This document shows positions 13,790 through 25,187 of a DNA stretch of 64,000 bases, in pieces (the stretch's first letter is position 1; every line of letters starts with the position of its first letter). The notes beneath the pieces were generated by a model. It ran no database searches, was not told where the DNA came from, and saw nothing but the letters and a program-made list of their open reading frames with translations. The stretch comes from Paraphysomonas bandaiensis (lineage: Eukaryota > Protista > Chrysophyceae). The stretch covers positions 186,001 through 250,000 of the forward strand of contig CBFFRP010000297.1 of assembly GCA_965644295.1 (NCBI GenBank), written 5' to 3'. A program made the translations under genes and the position numbers.

Positions 13790-14147
13790 ATCTCAATATA
13801 CACCACTTTACCATCTCAGAATACACCCACATACCATCTCACTATACACCCATACCATATTACTATGCATCACTATACCATCCCACTATATTATACCACT
13901 ATACCATCTGCTGTATACCACTATACCACCTAACTATACATCACTACACTATCTCACTATACACCCATATACCATCTCACACCCATATACCATCTCACTA
14001 TACACCCATACCATATTACTATGCATCACTATACCATCCCACTATATTATACCACTATACCATCTACTGTATACCACTATACCACCTAACTATACATCAC
14101 TACACTATCTCACTATACACCCATATACCATTTCACTATACACCTAC
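13790..14147. repeat. CA/TA-rich tandem repeat with a 156-bp duplicated unit
   Basis: Unit translates as a repeated 52-codon THIPSHYTPIPYYY... block, starting near 13823 and 13979. Confidence 0.85.
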
Positions 14148-14440
14148 GTATGGGACAAATCATGCGCGATGGGCAGAAACCAAACCAAAGGAAAAACCGG
14201 GCCTGATCACATAACAACGGCCTCAGCATGCGCAGACTGTGCACTCCCAATCGACAACATGGCACACATGCTTCTCACCTGCACACACCCGGACCTCACT
14301 CACATACGTGAAGATGTTCACCAAGCACACGACAACAAGTTCGACAAACTTCGCACACGCACGCTCCCCCATCCCTGGTTTCACACCGCCATAATCAAAC
14401 TAGCAAAAGCCGCATGGAATCCACACACATCCCAGGCTGA
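14140..14440 (+). mobile_element. LINE ORF2 C-terminal Cys/His fragment nested in the TIR element
   Basis: CADC...DNMAHMLLTC matches the CCHC tail of non-LTR retrotransposon ORF2; frameshifted. Confidence 0.6.
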
Positions 14441-16489
14441 ACGCAACGGGAAGAAGAATGTTGTCAACATTCGTGGCGACATATCCAACGACGACCCGGA
14501 GGCGGAGGAAGAGATACCACGAAAGTGCACGAGCAGGGTAAGTAATACTGTTCATAAAGATGGTGACGGGTTCGTATGTCGTATATATGCGGTATTACTC
14601 TGATTATTGTTGTGCGTTGTTACTATACACTGTACTAACTGCTTATGATCCTTCACCTGCTTATGATCCTCCACCTACTAGCAATGTGCCCCCAGCGGCT
14701 GTTGCCGCGTCGTTTCCGAGCATAGGTACTAATACTACTGTAAGTAGTAGTGGTAAAGATAGCTATATGCGTATGCAATGTATCCGAAATCAGGCTATTC
14801 GGTTGGAGCGTTTGCAGTCTCAAGCGAAGCAGATATAGCTATATGAGAATATGATATTACAAAACACAAGTAATAATAGCAGGGCCAACTTTTAACGCAA
14901 TAAATACTGCTAATAACAACTATACTTGCGACTTTTTCTTTATCTTTAACCTCTCAGATACAAATTACAGTAAAATAATAACTCAATACTTATATATGAA
15001 ACCTGGTGAAATTGCTTTACCAGGTTTTGGTATTACCTCGACTTTCATTCAGAGCACCCTTCCGCATATCGGGGTCATATCCATGTCCGTGTACATCGGG
15101 GATGGGTAATCGGACAGCCTGTAAGGAGTTCCCTTAAAAGGCGTGGCCGTATCACACTTGACCACGTCCGATTTCGTGGGTCGCAACTCAATGGATCTCG
15201 ACGCATTGGATTCCACCAAATCCTCCCTGTCCAGATAATCACTCGAAAAACCATGGATCTTATATCATATATATGTTACATGCATAAAAAATAAAGAACA
15301 CATACATACATTCTTTCCAATTTTTTGTAGTGTTGTTGGACCCGTAGAGGATAGACTCAGCGTTGAACTCATACGTACTTTAGCGGCAAGTGATTGTCGT
15401 TATCGAGGGTGACGACTCTCCTCGTTCGTTTCTTGGATAACACATCCACCTCTGATGTCACTCTCTTCTTCGGGGATGGGGTACGTTCCGCAGCAGACGA
15501 ACAATCATTCGATGTATTTTAACTAAACTTCAAAAACACCAACGTGGAGCCCTGGTGGTTATACCTCACTATTCGATTAGGATTAGGGTTAGGGTTAGGG
15601 TGCAATGCTGGTACTATTCATATCGTTGCTTTTGGAAAGGCAGTTGTGAAGATGCAGTTACCAGGACGGAAAATTTCAAATTAAATTATTTTTTCTTAAT
15701 GAGGAAGAAAATGAAGATGACAGTGATAACCTACTAGTCCTAGTTCAGACTGTGTGTTAACGTAGCGCAGCGTTTGATTGATGGTAACGTTTAGAAAAGT
15801 GAGCACGTCTTAACAAGTGAACCCGATAGGCAGCATGAAGCACTTACATGCCACAACCAATAAGGTTGAAAGATATTTCAGTAAAGCTAAGATTGCTATA
15901 TCAGATTTATGAATATTTTGACTCGACCTCTGTTCTGGAATTAAATAACAGCTTGTGGCAACAAGCTATGTTGGCAGCTAGTATTATATGTATTTATAGC
16001 TCTATATGTGTTCAGTGATGTTAATTGGAACATCAAGTAATAATTGCAATTATAATTTACTACAATTACTACAACACCACCAATTAGTTAACATTTAATT
16101 GGCACGCAACCCAGGTGATGTAGCTAGGATGAGCTGTGTACAGTCAATGAGTACGTTAAATATGACATTATATACTATATTATATAGATGTGGAACCCAA
16201 TACGAACCTGCGAAAATGTATGTATTTATACTAACTTGTAAATTGTTACAATAAGGGCATTCTTATACAAAACAAAACGACAGTTTCCTCTCATCTTGTC
16301 ACACAGAATTCTTGGTTTCATTGCACAAGTTTTGATTTTCATGCTTTATACCGCTGTATTGTCTATCACTTTGAGCATTTAAATTTTAAGATGATCAGCT
16401 CCGACCATAGCAGTGATGTTGATATGAGACAAGGGGACACTTTGGTGCCCCCAGGGTGGCCCATGTTTCACCCTAACTACGTTGTGACG

Positions 16490-17690
16490 CAATTGCGGAA
16501 ATTGAAGCCTGATCAATGCCCGGAGAAGAAAGCGTTCTACTCATCTTACCCAGGATTGGGATAAGATGACTCATTTGCAGCAAAATGGACCAGCTCGGTA
16601 AGGCCCTTCCCAAGCATATACAGAGGGACACTGGAGCGCTACCATGTAAATGGCTCGCCTCATGTTCCAAAGAAGCGTCAACTTGCAACTACGCCAGGAG
16701 CAATTGCTCGAAGGAACCAGAGGGCAAGAAGAGCAGCAAGGATATCAGGTGGGAGTGACAGTTCAGAAGGAAGTTCTATGTCCAACAGCTCAGAACAATC
16801 CAGTCTCGGTTCAAAGATTTACAGTGTGATGGAATCTATTCAGTCACGCACAGAGAAACTTCGTTGTGTTGAATTCATGGCATTGAATTCCACAGATGAA
16901 AACATTAGAAAGAGGGCTCATGAATACTTGTGCTTAATATCTCGGGTTTTTCTACTCCAAGTGTAAAAGAGAAGATTAGAACAACGGCTTTGACTACGAA
17001 AACTAAATAATTATAATGGCATTGTAATTTTGGATGGATGGTTCTTAAAAGGCTCACTAGTAATAAGATTTCATATGCATATGCGTTATTAATTACACTA
17101 TATTTATTCAAATTTAAATATTTTTAAAAAAAGTGAAGGTCTCCTGACACCTTCATCGTGTAGATATTCAATAGCTCTTCATCTTCATTGAAATTCCCAT
17201 TTAAGTACACCAAGCATGCGTCCCCATCGTCAATATCACATTCTGCTCGACCCACTGGCATGTCGTTATCACCACCCTCGCCCATATCTATGATGTAGTT
17301 ATGAAGTTTAGCTGTCACAGTACAAACAAGTGTCCACTTATCAATCCTGCACTGTAGAGGTACATATTACCATCTGCAACACCAAAGGAAAAGCATATAT
17401 CTGTGTAAGAACCTCCAGCAAGCCACCGCAATGAGACCGCAAGACGTGTTCTCATGGAAATCACACTACCGCTGCTGGCTTCAGCTCGTCGCCGATGTAA
17501 TTCGGTGTCGAAATCATCGCCGTAGTAGTCTATCAGTCTTTCCTGGTTTCAAGTAAAGCAAAGTATGTAACAGTGGTAAGTAAATAACTAACCTCCAATA
17601 CGTCGAAACAACGCCTTGACATTCTGAACATTCTCTTAAACTCACTTTCTGTTAATTTGTCCACTTCGTCTAATGCATACTTCTATAGCT
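16490..17690. mobile_element. PIF/Harbinger remnant: internally deleted transposase (minus) converging on a second ORF remnant (plus, about 16500-16966)
   Basis: Minus strand FKRMFRMSRRCFDVL / intron / RTRLAVSLRWLAGGSYTDICFSFGV joined directly to PLQCRIDKWTLVCTVTAKLHNYII; DDE core missing. Confidence 0.8.
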
Positions 17691-17906
17691 CCAGCGAATA
17701 GCGAAATGATTAGCGTCCAAGCAACTGCATCAGTAAAGCCGACATTCCGCGAAACTGTTAAGATAAAGACAGCTAATTCTTTCGTATCCAGCATCTTGCA
17801 ATATCTAATACAGAATGACAACCTAGAGCCCTCATATATCTATATGATATGCTGAACACTCTCATGTGGGTGGCTAAACAGACAGCTGGCGATTAAAAAA
17901 AACTTT

Positions 17907-17985
17907 TCGGTATCCTTTGTGTATTTTTGTTCAAAGATGCCTCTAATATTGAGACAACAATTATCTATATTTCTGTCAGTTTCAT
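17907..17985 (+). repeat. Dispersed repeat, copy 1 (partial); same family as 23552-23691 and 29146-29285
   Basis: Shared core AAGATGCCTCTAATATTGAGACAA. Confidence 0.85.
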
Positions 17986-18174
17986 ATAGTCCAGCGAGAC
18001 ACTCGTCAAGTCATATATATGGTAAAACCAACTACCTAGTTAGTTAGTATATATCGCTAAAGCTTGCACACCCAGTTAATGTTACACTCTCCAGTAATAT
18101 GCATTCCTCACTACATATGCCCACATGCTATAATCACAGCAAGCATTCCTTTAAGTGCACTATAGCTAACAACA

Positions 18175-19265
18175 TTACGTATCACCCGCGGTTTCATCTT
18201 TGTTCTCTGTCCACTCACGGCCGGGACCCTGGCCCGCCCTGATACCAGTACGAGGGATATTCTTGAAGTCAGGAACCTCGCCCCACTTGAAGTTACCAGT
18301 GAAAAAATCGTCTAGAGAAAGGTTTTGAACCATACGTTGCTCCCTCAATATATACCTGGTACAGTCAGTGACCGCATAATCGTTACTTTGACATAGCACA
18401 ACACACACCTGGCGAACTCGAGCACGTGCTTCTCAGGTAGATCCTCCTTTCTTTCATATAAGTGATTCCACACTACCCCACCGATCGCATTTATGATCTC
18501 TTCATCCGACTCCTTGTTTAATGCCTCGTCATACTGGAAGCACACATGGAAACAGAGTTCCTGAACCTGCCGCAAGTACTTGCTAAGCAAGAAAACAGAA
18601 ATCTTTTCCTCGTCCACCATTTTCCGTTGACAGTGCTCCCATGTTCGGTCAAAAAACATTTCCTGAATCCGGAGAGCGCGAATATCTTCATTACGGGCCA
18701 GCAGTAATCGTCTATGGCATATCCATACGTGAGTGATCAGGAGGAGCACTTTCGTTCGATAGTTAGATATCAGTTTTCCTCCTATTGAAAACCATTCAAT
18801 GTTAGGACATGCAAGTATCACAACCATAACGTACGTGTAAACCATTTAGGATCATAAGCTTGGGCTTCACTAGACATGTACAATAGTCTTGAAATTTTCA
18901 ACATGTTTGAATTCCTGAAAATGGTAAGACTGAAGTATACATACATCGCAAAACACTTACTGAAAAAATAAAGTAATCCGGTCTTTAAATATTTGCGTAT
19001 AAGTCTTCGTTGTATCATCCTGCATAACACATATCACACCATATGTATTTCTTATTAGTAATAGTGTTACATTAATATCATGTCCAGACATGTAACGTGC
19101 TGTTCTACAGAGATGCGGTTTGTCAATAGAGAACTCATTCCTTTGTCGTCTGTTATATGCAACCACTGACATAATATTTCGTTTAGATGACACAAATGTT
19201 GTCGGTATGCAAAGACATGATCTATTCCTCTTTATGGGGTGTCTCAAGAATGCACGTACGAGCAT
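18175..19265 (-). CDS. CBP3: Ubiquinol-cytochrome c reductase assembly chaperone Cbp3/UQCC1, spliced, mitochondrial presequence
   Basis: LLITHVWICHRRL, IQEMFFDRTWE, YDEAL, VWNHLY, FARYILRE...GNFKW pattern; Arg-rich N-terminus; several GT-AG introns. Confidence 0.8.
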
Positions 19266-19823
19266 ACTACTAAGACTCCTATAGGGAATATACGTATATA
19301 GAAATAAATAGAAATACTAAAGGTCTCAATTAAACAACCTTACAATGGATTATGCAAATAGATTGCTGTTATATTCTTTCTATTCAATTTAATTCCTATA
19401 GTTGCAATAGTTGATTGAATGAATGCATTACTTTAACAAGAGGGGGGGGTGTATGGGTATGTATGTACATGTACAGTGCAACAGTCAGTAGGAAAAATGC
19501 GGCTGTGAACTGGTGGAGATGATGCCCCACTCAAACTACGGTAGATATTCGTTCCAGAATACTGCTCTCTGTTTGCTGTATATACAGTACAGCAGTATAT
19601 CCCTCTATGACTGTGTACACCACAGCAGTATGACACAAAATTAGGGTATTTTAGGTATATTTTAGTTGTCCTGCAGAAATTTTTTCAAGAAATGTCCAGG
19701 AATTGAATACAGCAGTTTACATACATGTACATACAGAGTACATCGCACTGCAAGAGTATCTTTACTCACTTGAACTCTCCATACTTAATATTTCTAATTA
19801 AATTTGTTATAGTAGTTGTATCT

Positions 19824-20855
19824 ATGGTATTGAAAGCTATTGCAAATGTTGTTTTAGGCTACAAGGCCGCTAAAGTAGCCCGTAGAGCAGTGGAAAATGG
19901 AGCTACAATAGCCGCTCAAGGAGGCATCAAAGCCGCTGAAAACGCATCTAAAATATTAGCATTGGCTATCACTAAAAATGTTGGTTCGAGTTTAACGTGT
20001 TTAGACACTAACATTCAACGCTTATTGAGCAATATGGATGGTAATGTGGAAAGAATATTAGATTTTTGTAGACATGCTGATGACAATTGGAGAAATGTTG
20101 CACGAGATTTCGATAGAACGATACACAATGGAATGATAAGAATATCTGATGCAATATTTTGTGGTCTATTTTCGATTGCATTTGCATTATTTTTGGGTTT
20201 GCTACCAAATTGGCTTGATTATACTACCATGTCATCTATTCGCGATTTCATTTCTACTGTTTACAAAACAGAGATAAGCTGGATTTACGTTGTGCTATCC
20301 GTATTAATGTATCAACAGTTTTCTCGTGGATTGGAAATGCTGAGTATGCTGTATGTTGATCACGTATTGATGTACGTTGCAATTCAAGGATCGTCGATTC
20401 CATCTCCTACCACGGAGTCCCAGCCAGTGAATAATATTCCTGTGGGAACCATTCTTCCATATGTCGGTGACTTATCTGCTCGTGAATTGGCTCAGCAAGG
20501 GTACGCAATATGCAATGGTGTTTCCTTACAGGAACAGGGAATTTCCAATGCTACGTATACGAAAGCTGTTCCATCATTATGCGACGGTCGTTACCTTAAA
20601 GGATCTAGTATTGAAGATGCGTCAGTTCATGGAAGAGCTCGAGCACCAACACTTGAATTTCGTACAGAAAAATTTCACCGTGCTCCGGGCATCACTAAAA
20701 GAGTGCTTGGAAGTAGTACAGAATTTGACACTAACAGTGTTTTCACTGGACATTGGATGGATCCAGATGCTGTTGGACTCAATGCACGATGGGTGGACGA
20801 CAATCCATCAGAGCCATCTCACTATACTGTCGTTTATGTAATACGAGTGCGATGA
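19824..20855 (+). CDS. Predicted membrane protein with C-terminal phage tail-collar-like domain
   Basis: Two hydrophobic segments (IFCGLFSIAFALFLGLL; WIYVVLSVLMY), then IPVGTILPYVG...GYAICNG...VPSLCDGRYLKG...PSHYTVVYVIRVR; ORF open from 19725, in-frame ATG at 19824 preferred. Confidence 0.7.
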   Translation: MVLKAIANVVLGYKAAKVARRAVENGATIAAQGGIKAAENASKILALAITKNVGSSLTCLDTNIQRLLSNMDGNVERILDFCRHADDNWRNVARDFDRTIHNGMIRISDAIFCGLFSIAFALFLGLLPNWLDYTTMSSIRDFISTVYKTEISWIYVVLSVLMYQQFSRGLEMLSMLYVDHVLMYVAIQGSSIPSPTTESQPVNNIPVGTILPYVGDLSARELAQQGYAICNGVSLQEQGISNATYTKAVPSLCDGRYLKGSSIEDASVHGRARAPTLEFRTEKFHRAPGITKRVLGSSTEFDTNSVFTGHWMDPDAVGLNARWVDDNPSEPSHYTVVYVIRVR

Positions 20856-21089
20856 GCATAGCTCTGAAATTTCTTGCTCTAGAGTGGAATTCTTTTATGT
20901 GCTGCAAGCCAACGAAGATTAGTGGACAAAAGTTTCTTTTTCTCTTCATAATCTTGTACTACAGCAACTAACTACTAACTACCTGCTACTCTCACTGTAT
21001 GATATTTAGTGCACATAGTGAACTATCAAGGTTAATCACCAAACCTCATTTCTAATGCTTACTACTATTTCGTATATTTTGCAAAAATA

Positions 21090-21655
21090 TATATTTCGTA
21101 TACATTCAGTCTGTTGAGTTCTGCTGTATGACACGATATATATTGTGCAATTGAAGTGAGTTAATAGTTTGCAATAGATTAGACCAACAGATAACTGTAA
21201 CAGATATAGTTGCAACGGAAGTAAATTTAGTTACTGATGGATGATAATGTAAGATATATGGGAGTGACTAGTAAACACATGATTATATAGAACACATGTT
21301 CCCCAGATGTTACATGAATACGTTGCGAAATGCGAAATGTTCAGATAAATGGTTAAAATTTAAAATTAATTCTTGAAAGCATGCTGTGCGCAATAAAGCA
21401 AGATTAAGGTTGACATATAGAGCATCTCTAGATATATTATTATATATGCAACCAGTATTGCTCTATTACTCAAAGCAAACGCAGTAGGAAAGAAGAATGT
21501 AGATATACCTGACATCTGCTGACTGCTGACATCAGGATTTTTGAGTCCTTCAGGTGAACAGCCCGGATGTTTGACCTCAGCAGGTAGCCAATACCCCGGA
21601 TAACTGTTTATTTGTCAAGACCCAAAGACGTCTACACAAGTGACACTTATTAGTA
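21090..21655. repeat. Dispersed repeat family fragment (also about 24515-25110, 29937-31277, 52620-52745, 54330-54790)
   Basis: Shared blocks GACGTCTACACAAGTGACACTTATT, GGAAGTAAATTTAGTTACT and CCCGGATG. Confidence 0.7.
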
Positions 21656-21872
21656 TATATGTATATATTATACATAATATATAAACTATTTAGCCTGCAC
21701 ACATTTAGGCAGACTGCGGACGACTATTTCAACCAAAACTAAAAATTGTCGAATGTTACTTATAGAACTAAAACGAAGGAAGCTATCAGCAGCAAAATGT
21801 CTATGGAAACGCAACTCGCAAAATAAAATACCATATGTACAAAAGTAATATATAATGAGAAGCGAACACACT

Positions 21873-23071
21873 TTAATACTCTTCACGAATTCCGTCCTCG
21901 AATTCCTTTTGTTTAATGTCCCAGGTTTGTTTCACTGATATCGGAGGGGGTAGTAAGTTACCTCGACTACAGGAGTGTTAAAAAATATTTATTAAAGAGC
22001 AGATATTAGTCTCACCTTCTTTCGGACTTCAGGTCTTTGAGTACAGTGAGCTGGTGTTTTATGCTTTGATCAGACTTCGACAAGGAAGGGACGTAAGTCT
22101 GTTTCTTTATTCCAAACGCGCCCATCCATTTGCAATACTGTGCCCTGCGTTTATATGACGCAGAGAGTTCATTGATATCGCGGATAGAGGTATGTGGCTC
22201 CAGATAGGTCCGGGAAGCATGCAGCCCGGGCTTACCACCCTTCTCAGACCGCAAGAGCAAATCTGCTGCGCGTGCCCGGGCTACTTCCGCATTGCGTGCT
22301 TCATAATATCTCCTCAGCTTTCTTTTCTCCCTCTGAGCCTCTAGTGCTGCCTTGCCCAACTTTTCCTCCAAAGACACTTCCTCATCACTACCAAGCATTA
22401 GAGAACAATATTTCGCACACAGCAACTTACCCATCAACGAAGTACTGTACTCCAAATAACCTATCAAACTCTTTATAACGCTGAGCATCTTCACTCTTTG
22501 GATCACTAATCTTATCCAGAATATTTTGACGCCGATGCATATTTGCAAACTCATAGAAGGTAGTTTGCAGTTTCCCTAACTCATTCCCAGAATTCGTGCC
22601 ACTTTTGCTATCACTAGTCAACGCTGTCACAAACTCATCGAAATCAACAGTGCCACTACCATCTGCATCCATTTCAACAAATATCTGATTTATTTGCTTT
22701 GGATCTCCTAATATACTGGGACCTTTGGATCGGGCAGTAACGTAATTAATGGCCTCTTTAAACTCTTTTAAGTCTATTTCACCCCCACCGTCAAAGTCTA
22801 GACCGTCAAACATATCCCTTAGCTGAGAAGCTCTATGTGGAGAAATATGTTGTGGTTTTGAAACTGCTTGGTTTAGAGGTCGGCGTTTATTCATCCATCG
22901 AATGGAGTCTGGGGCTAATAGAGTCATATTCTTAACGGCATGCTCCTCTCCTTCTTCTGTTTTCGGGTCAACCACAACTACAACAGACTTATTTCGGCTC
23001 CTGCTTAAACCAGAGCTTGAAGCCGGTCGTAATTCAACACTTGATGAGGTACGTGATGGTGGTAGAGGCAT
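21873..23071 (-). CDS. EF-hand calcium-binding protein, 3 exons
   Basis: DFDGGGEIDLKEF and DADGSGTVDFDEF loops; GT-AG introns near 22430 and 22015; ends DGIREEY*. Confidence 0.85.
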
Positions 23072-23551
23072 TGTAGAGTGTTATATTCTATAATATATGA
23101 TAGAAGCGGTGTATACTTATAATACAATGATATAAACACGATATGAAAGAATTAAATAACCCCACAAGATACTGGAACACTGGTCATGACTTTCATGGCT
23201 TGGTTATTAATATCATACAAGAATGCAATAGATTACGGTATGTAGAGTGCTGCTCTGGACACTGAGGAACAACCAGCATCATCATATTCACGTACACATA
23301 TATGCTCTCTATATACTATACAGCCATATCTACAGGGCTGTACATATATATGCATACACAAATATAGCTCTATATGTATGTATATATGCGTTATATGTAT
23401 TCTACATTGTACACAAGGAAGAATACAGTAAAACGAAACCGTTCGGAAGTATGGCCTGCTGCTGGTGTTGTCGAATATTGACAAAGCTGGCCATATATAG
23501 TACAGTACCCTGTAGGCATACAGCAGTAGTCGATGTCCAAAAAATAGTCAT

Positions 23552-23691
23552 ATCGGCATCCTTTGTATATTTTTGTTCCAAGATGCCTCTAATATTGAGA
23601 CAATAATTATCTGTATTTTAGCCGTAGTTTTATCACAGTAATATAGAAGCTTTTTGCTTCAATATATTTCCGAATAATATGATGCTGACTG
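23552..23691 (+). repeat. Dispersed repeat, copy 2 (140 bp)
   Basis: Aligns end to end with the reverse complement of 29146-29285. Confidence 0.9.
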
Positions 23692-25187
23692 CTGATACGG
23701 TATCTTCATATGATATCCACATATACGGTATAGTGTTGTATATAATATCTAGATATCTCTCCTGGCTAGTATGGGTGGGTATAGTAGGGTTCCTCTGGCA
23801 GTATCTGGGCGTGTCCTACATGGGCAACGGGGATGAGTGGGTGGGTGACTAAATCTTAGCGTTGTATGCGTGGCTGAGCAAATATACTGGCAGGCCTATG
23901 GTGTACAGTAACGCTTTCGGCCAGAGGGCAAATAGGATGTGGGAGCAGACGGTATCTTGCATATGTATCACAAGGAGAGGTAGTCATAAATTACAACAGC
24001 AGTATTCCTCCTTCTCATGTGCCATCCATTACTGTTGCGCTTGCAGCATCACAAAATAGTTGCCAAAAGAATTCTAAAACTAGTAGTTTAACGTAATTTA
24101 CAAATACTAAAAGCGCTGAGGTCGTCAAATCATTAACAATGGCCACCATTATCATCTGATATTAAGGGTTTACTTTTTAAACGTATGATGGACAGACGTA
24201 AATTGAAGAGTCGTAGTATTTTCTGTCTACCACTCAACTACAATGATCCTGGCAAGAGATAGTGTTGAAACCTATTTAAGGTAGCAATTGTTATCACTAT
24301 CATTAGTGTATAGTAGTATAAGGTATAAGGTATATAGTACATAGTTGCATGTTATAATAACTAGTCTACAGAGAATCTTTCAATTAAAAATGGCAGCGCT
24401 TACAAGCTATATAATGCTTTACAACTACAGTAAATACGCTAAATCCTGAAACTTACAGCATTGTGTGATAATTTGTCAGCATTCCTTACGATAGAAAAGA
24501 ATGGTAGCAATATATTGCCTCTCAACAAAGTCGGACTCTTACCTTTTCGTGTGTTCTGGGAATAAGCACCGGAGAGATTTCTCCGGGAAACTAACGTGAC
24601 CGCATATATATAGTCAGCAGATAATTTTCTGTTACTCATAGCTCAATGCTTGTGTGGTACAAGGGGCACTAATAAGTGTTACTTGTGTAGGCGTCTTGGG
24701 CCCTGACGAATAAACTGGAATCTGGGCTGTTCACCACTCACCTCTTATGAACTCAAAAATCCTGAAGTCAGCAGATGTCAGGCATATCAACATTCTGGCT
24801 GGTTACTCACAGCGTTTGCTTTGAGTGATTGAGCAAAGATGGTTGCATCTTGGTGCTTGCGGTGACGGACAAGCCGCTTTTGTAGCGATAAAAAGGATAT
24901 CAAGTTAGGCACTATAATTAGTTAAATTGCAATGCTAACTTAGTTCTGGTTCTTCAACGCCTATTGCTAATTATATATTGCAACGGTAACAAAATATGTT
25001 GAGTTCTGTAGTATGATACGATATACATTGTGAAAACGAAGCGCGTTAATTGTGTGCAATAGGTGAAATTAACTCATTGGTGTAACGCGTGAATATAGAT
25101 TTACTGATGTGTGACTTTCACACATATCGGATTTCCTTTCCACTCCTCTAACATGCGACCGCCAGATACTTGGAGACTCAGCACTCT

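Larger units (their letters stand above)
13554..15044. mobile_element. Non-autonomous TIR DNA transposon, 25-bp perfect TIRs, 3-bp TSD TCA (PIF/Harbinger-like)
   Basis: AAGTCGAGGTAATACCAAAACCTGG at 13554-13578 and its exact reverse complement at 15020-15044; TCA at 13551-13553 and 15045-15047. Confidence 0.85.

Noticed and set aside
13777-14214. 145-aa His/Tyr/Ile/Pro-rich ORF as a metal-binding protein
   Set aside because: It is the translation of a CA/TA-rich minisatellite inside a transposon
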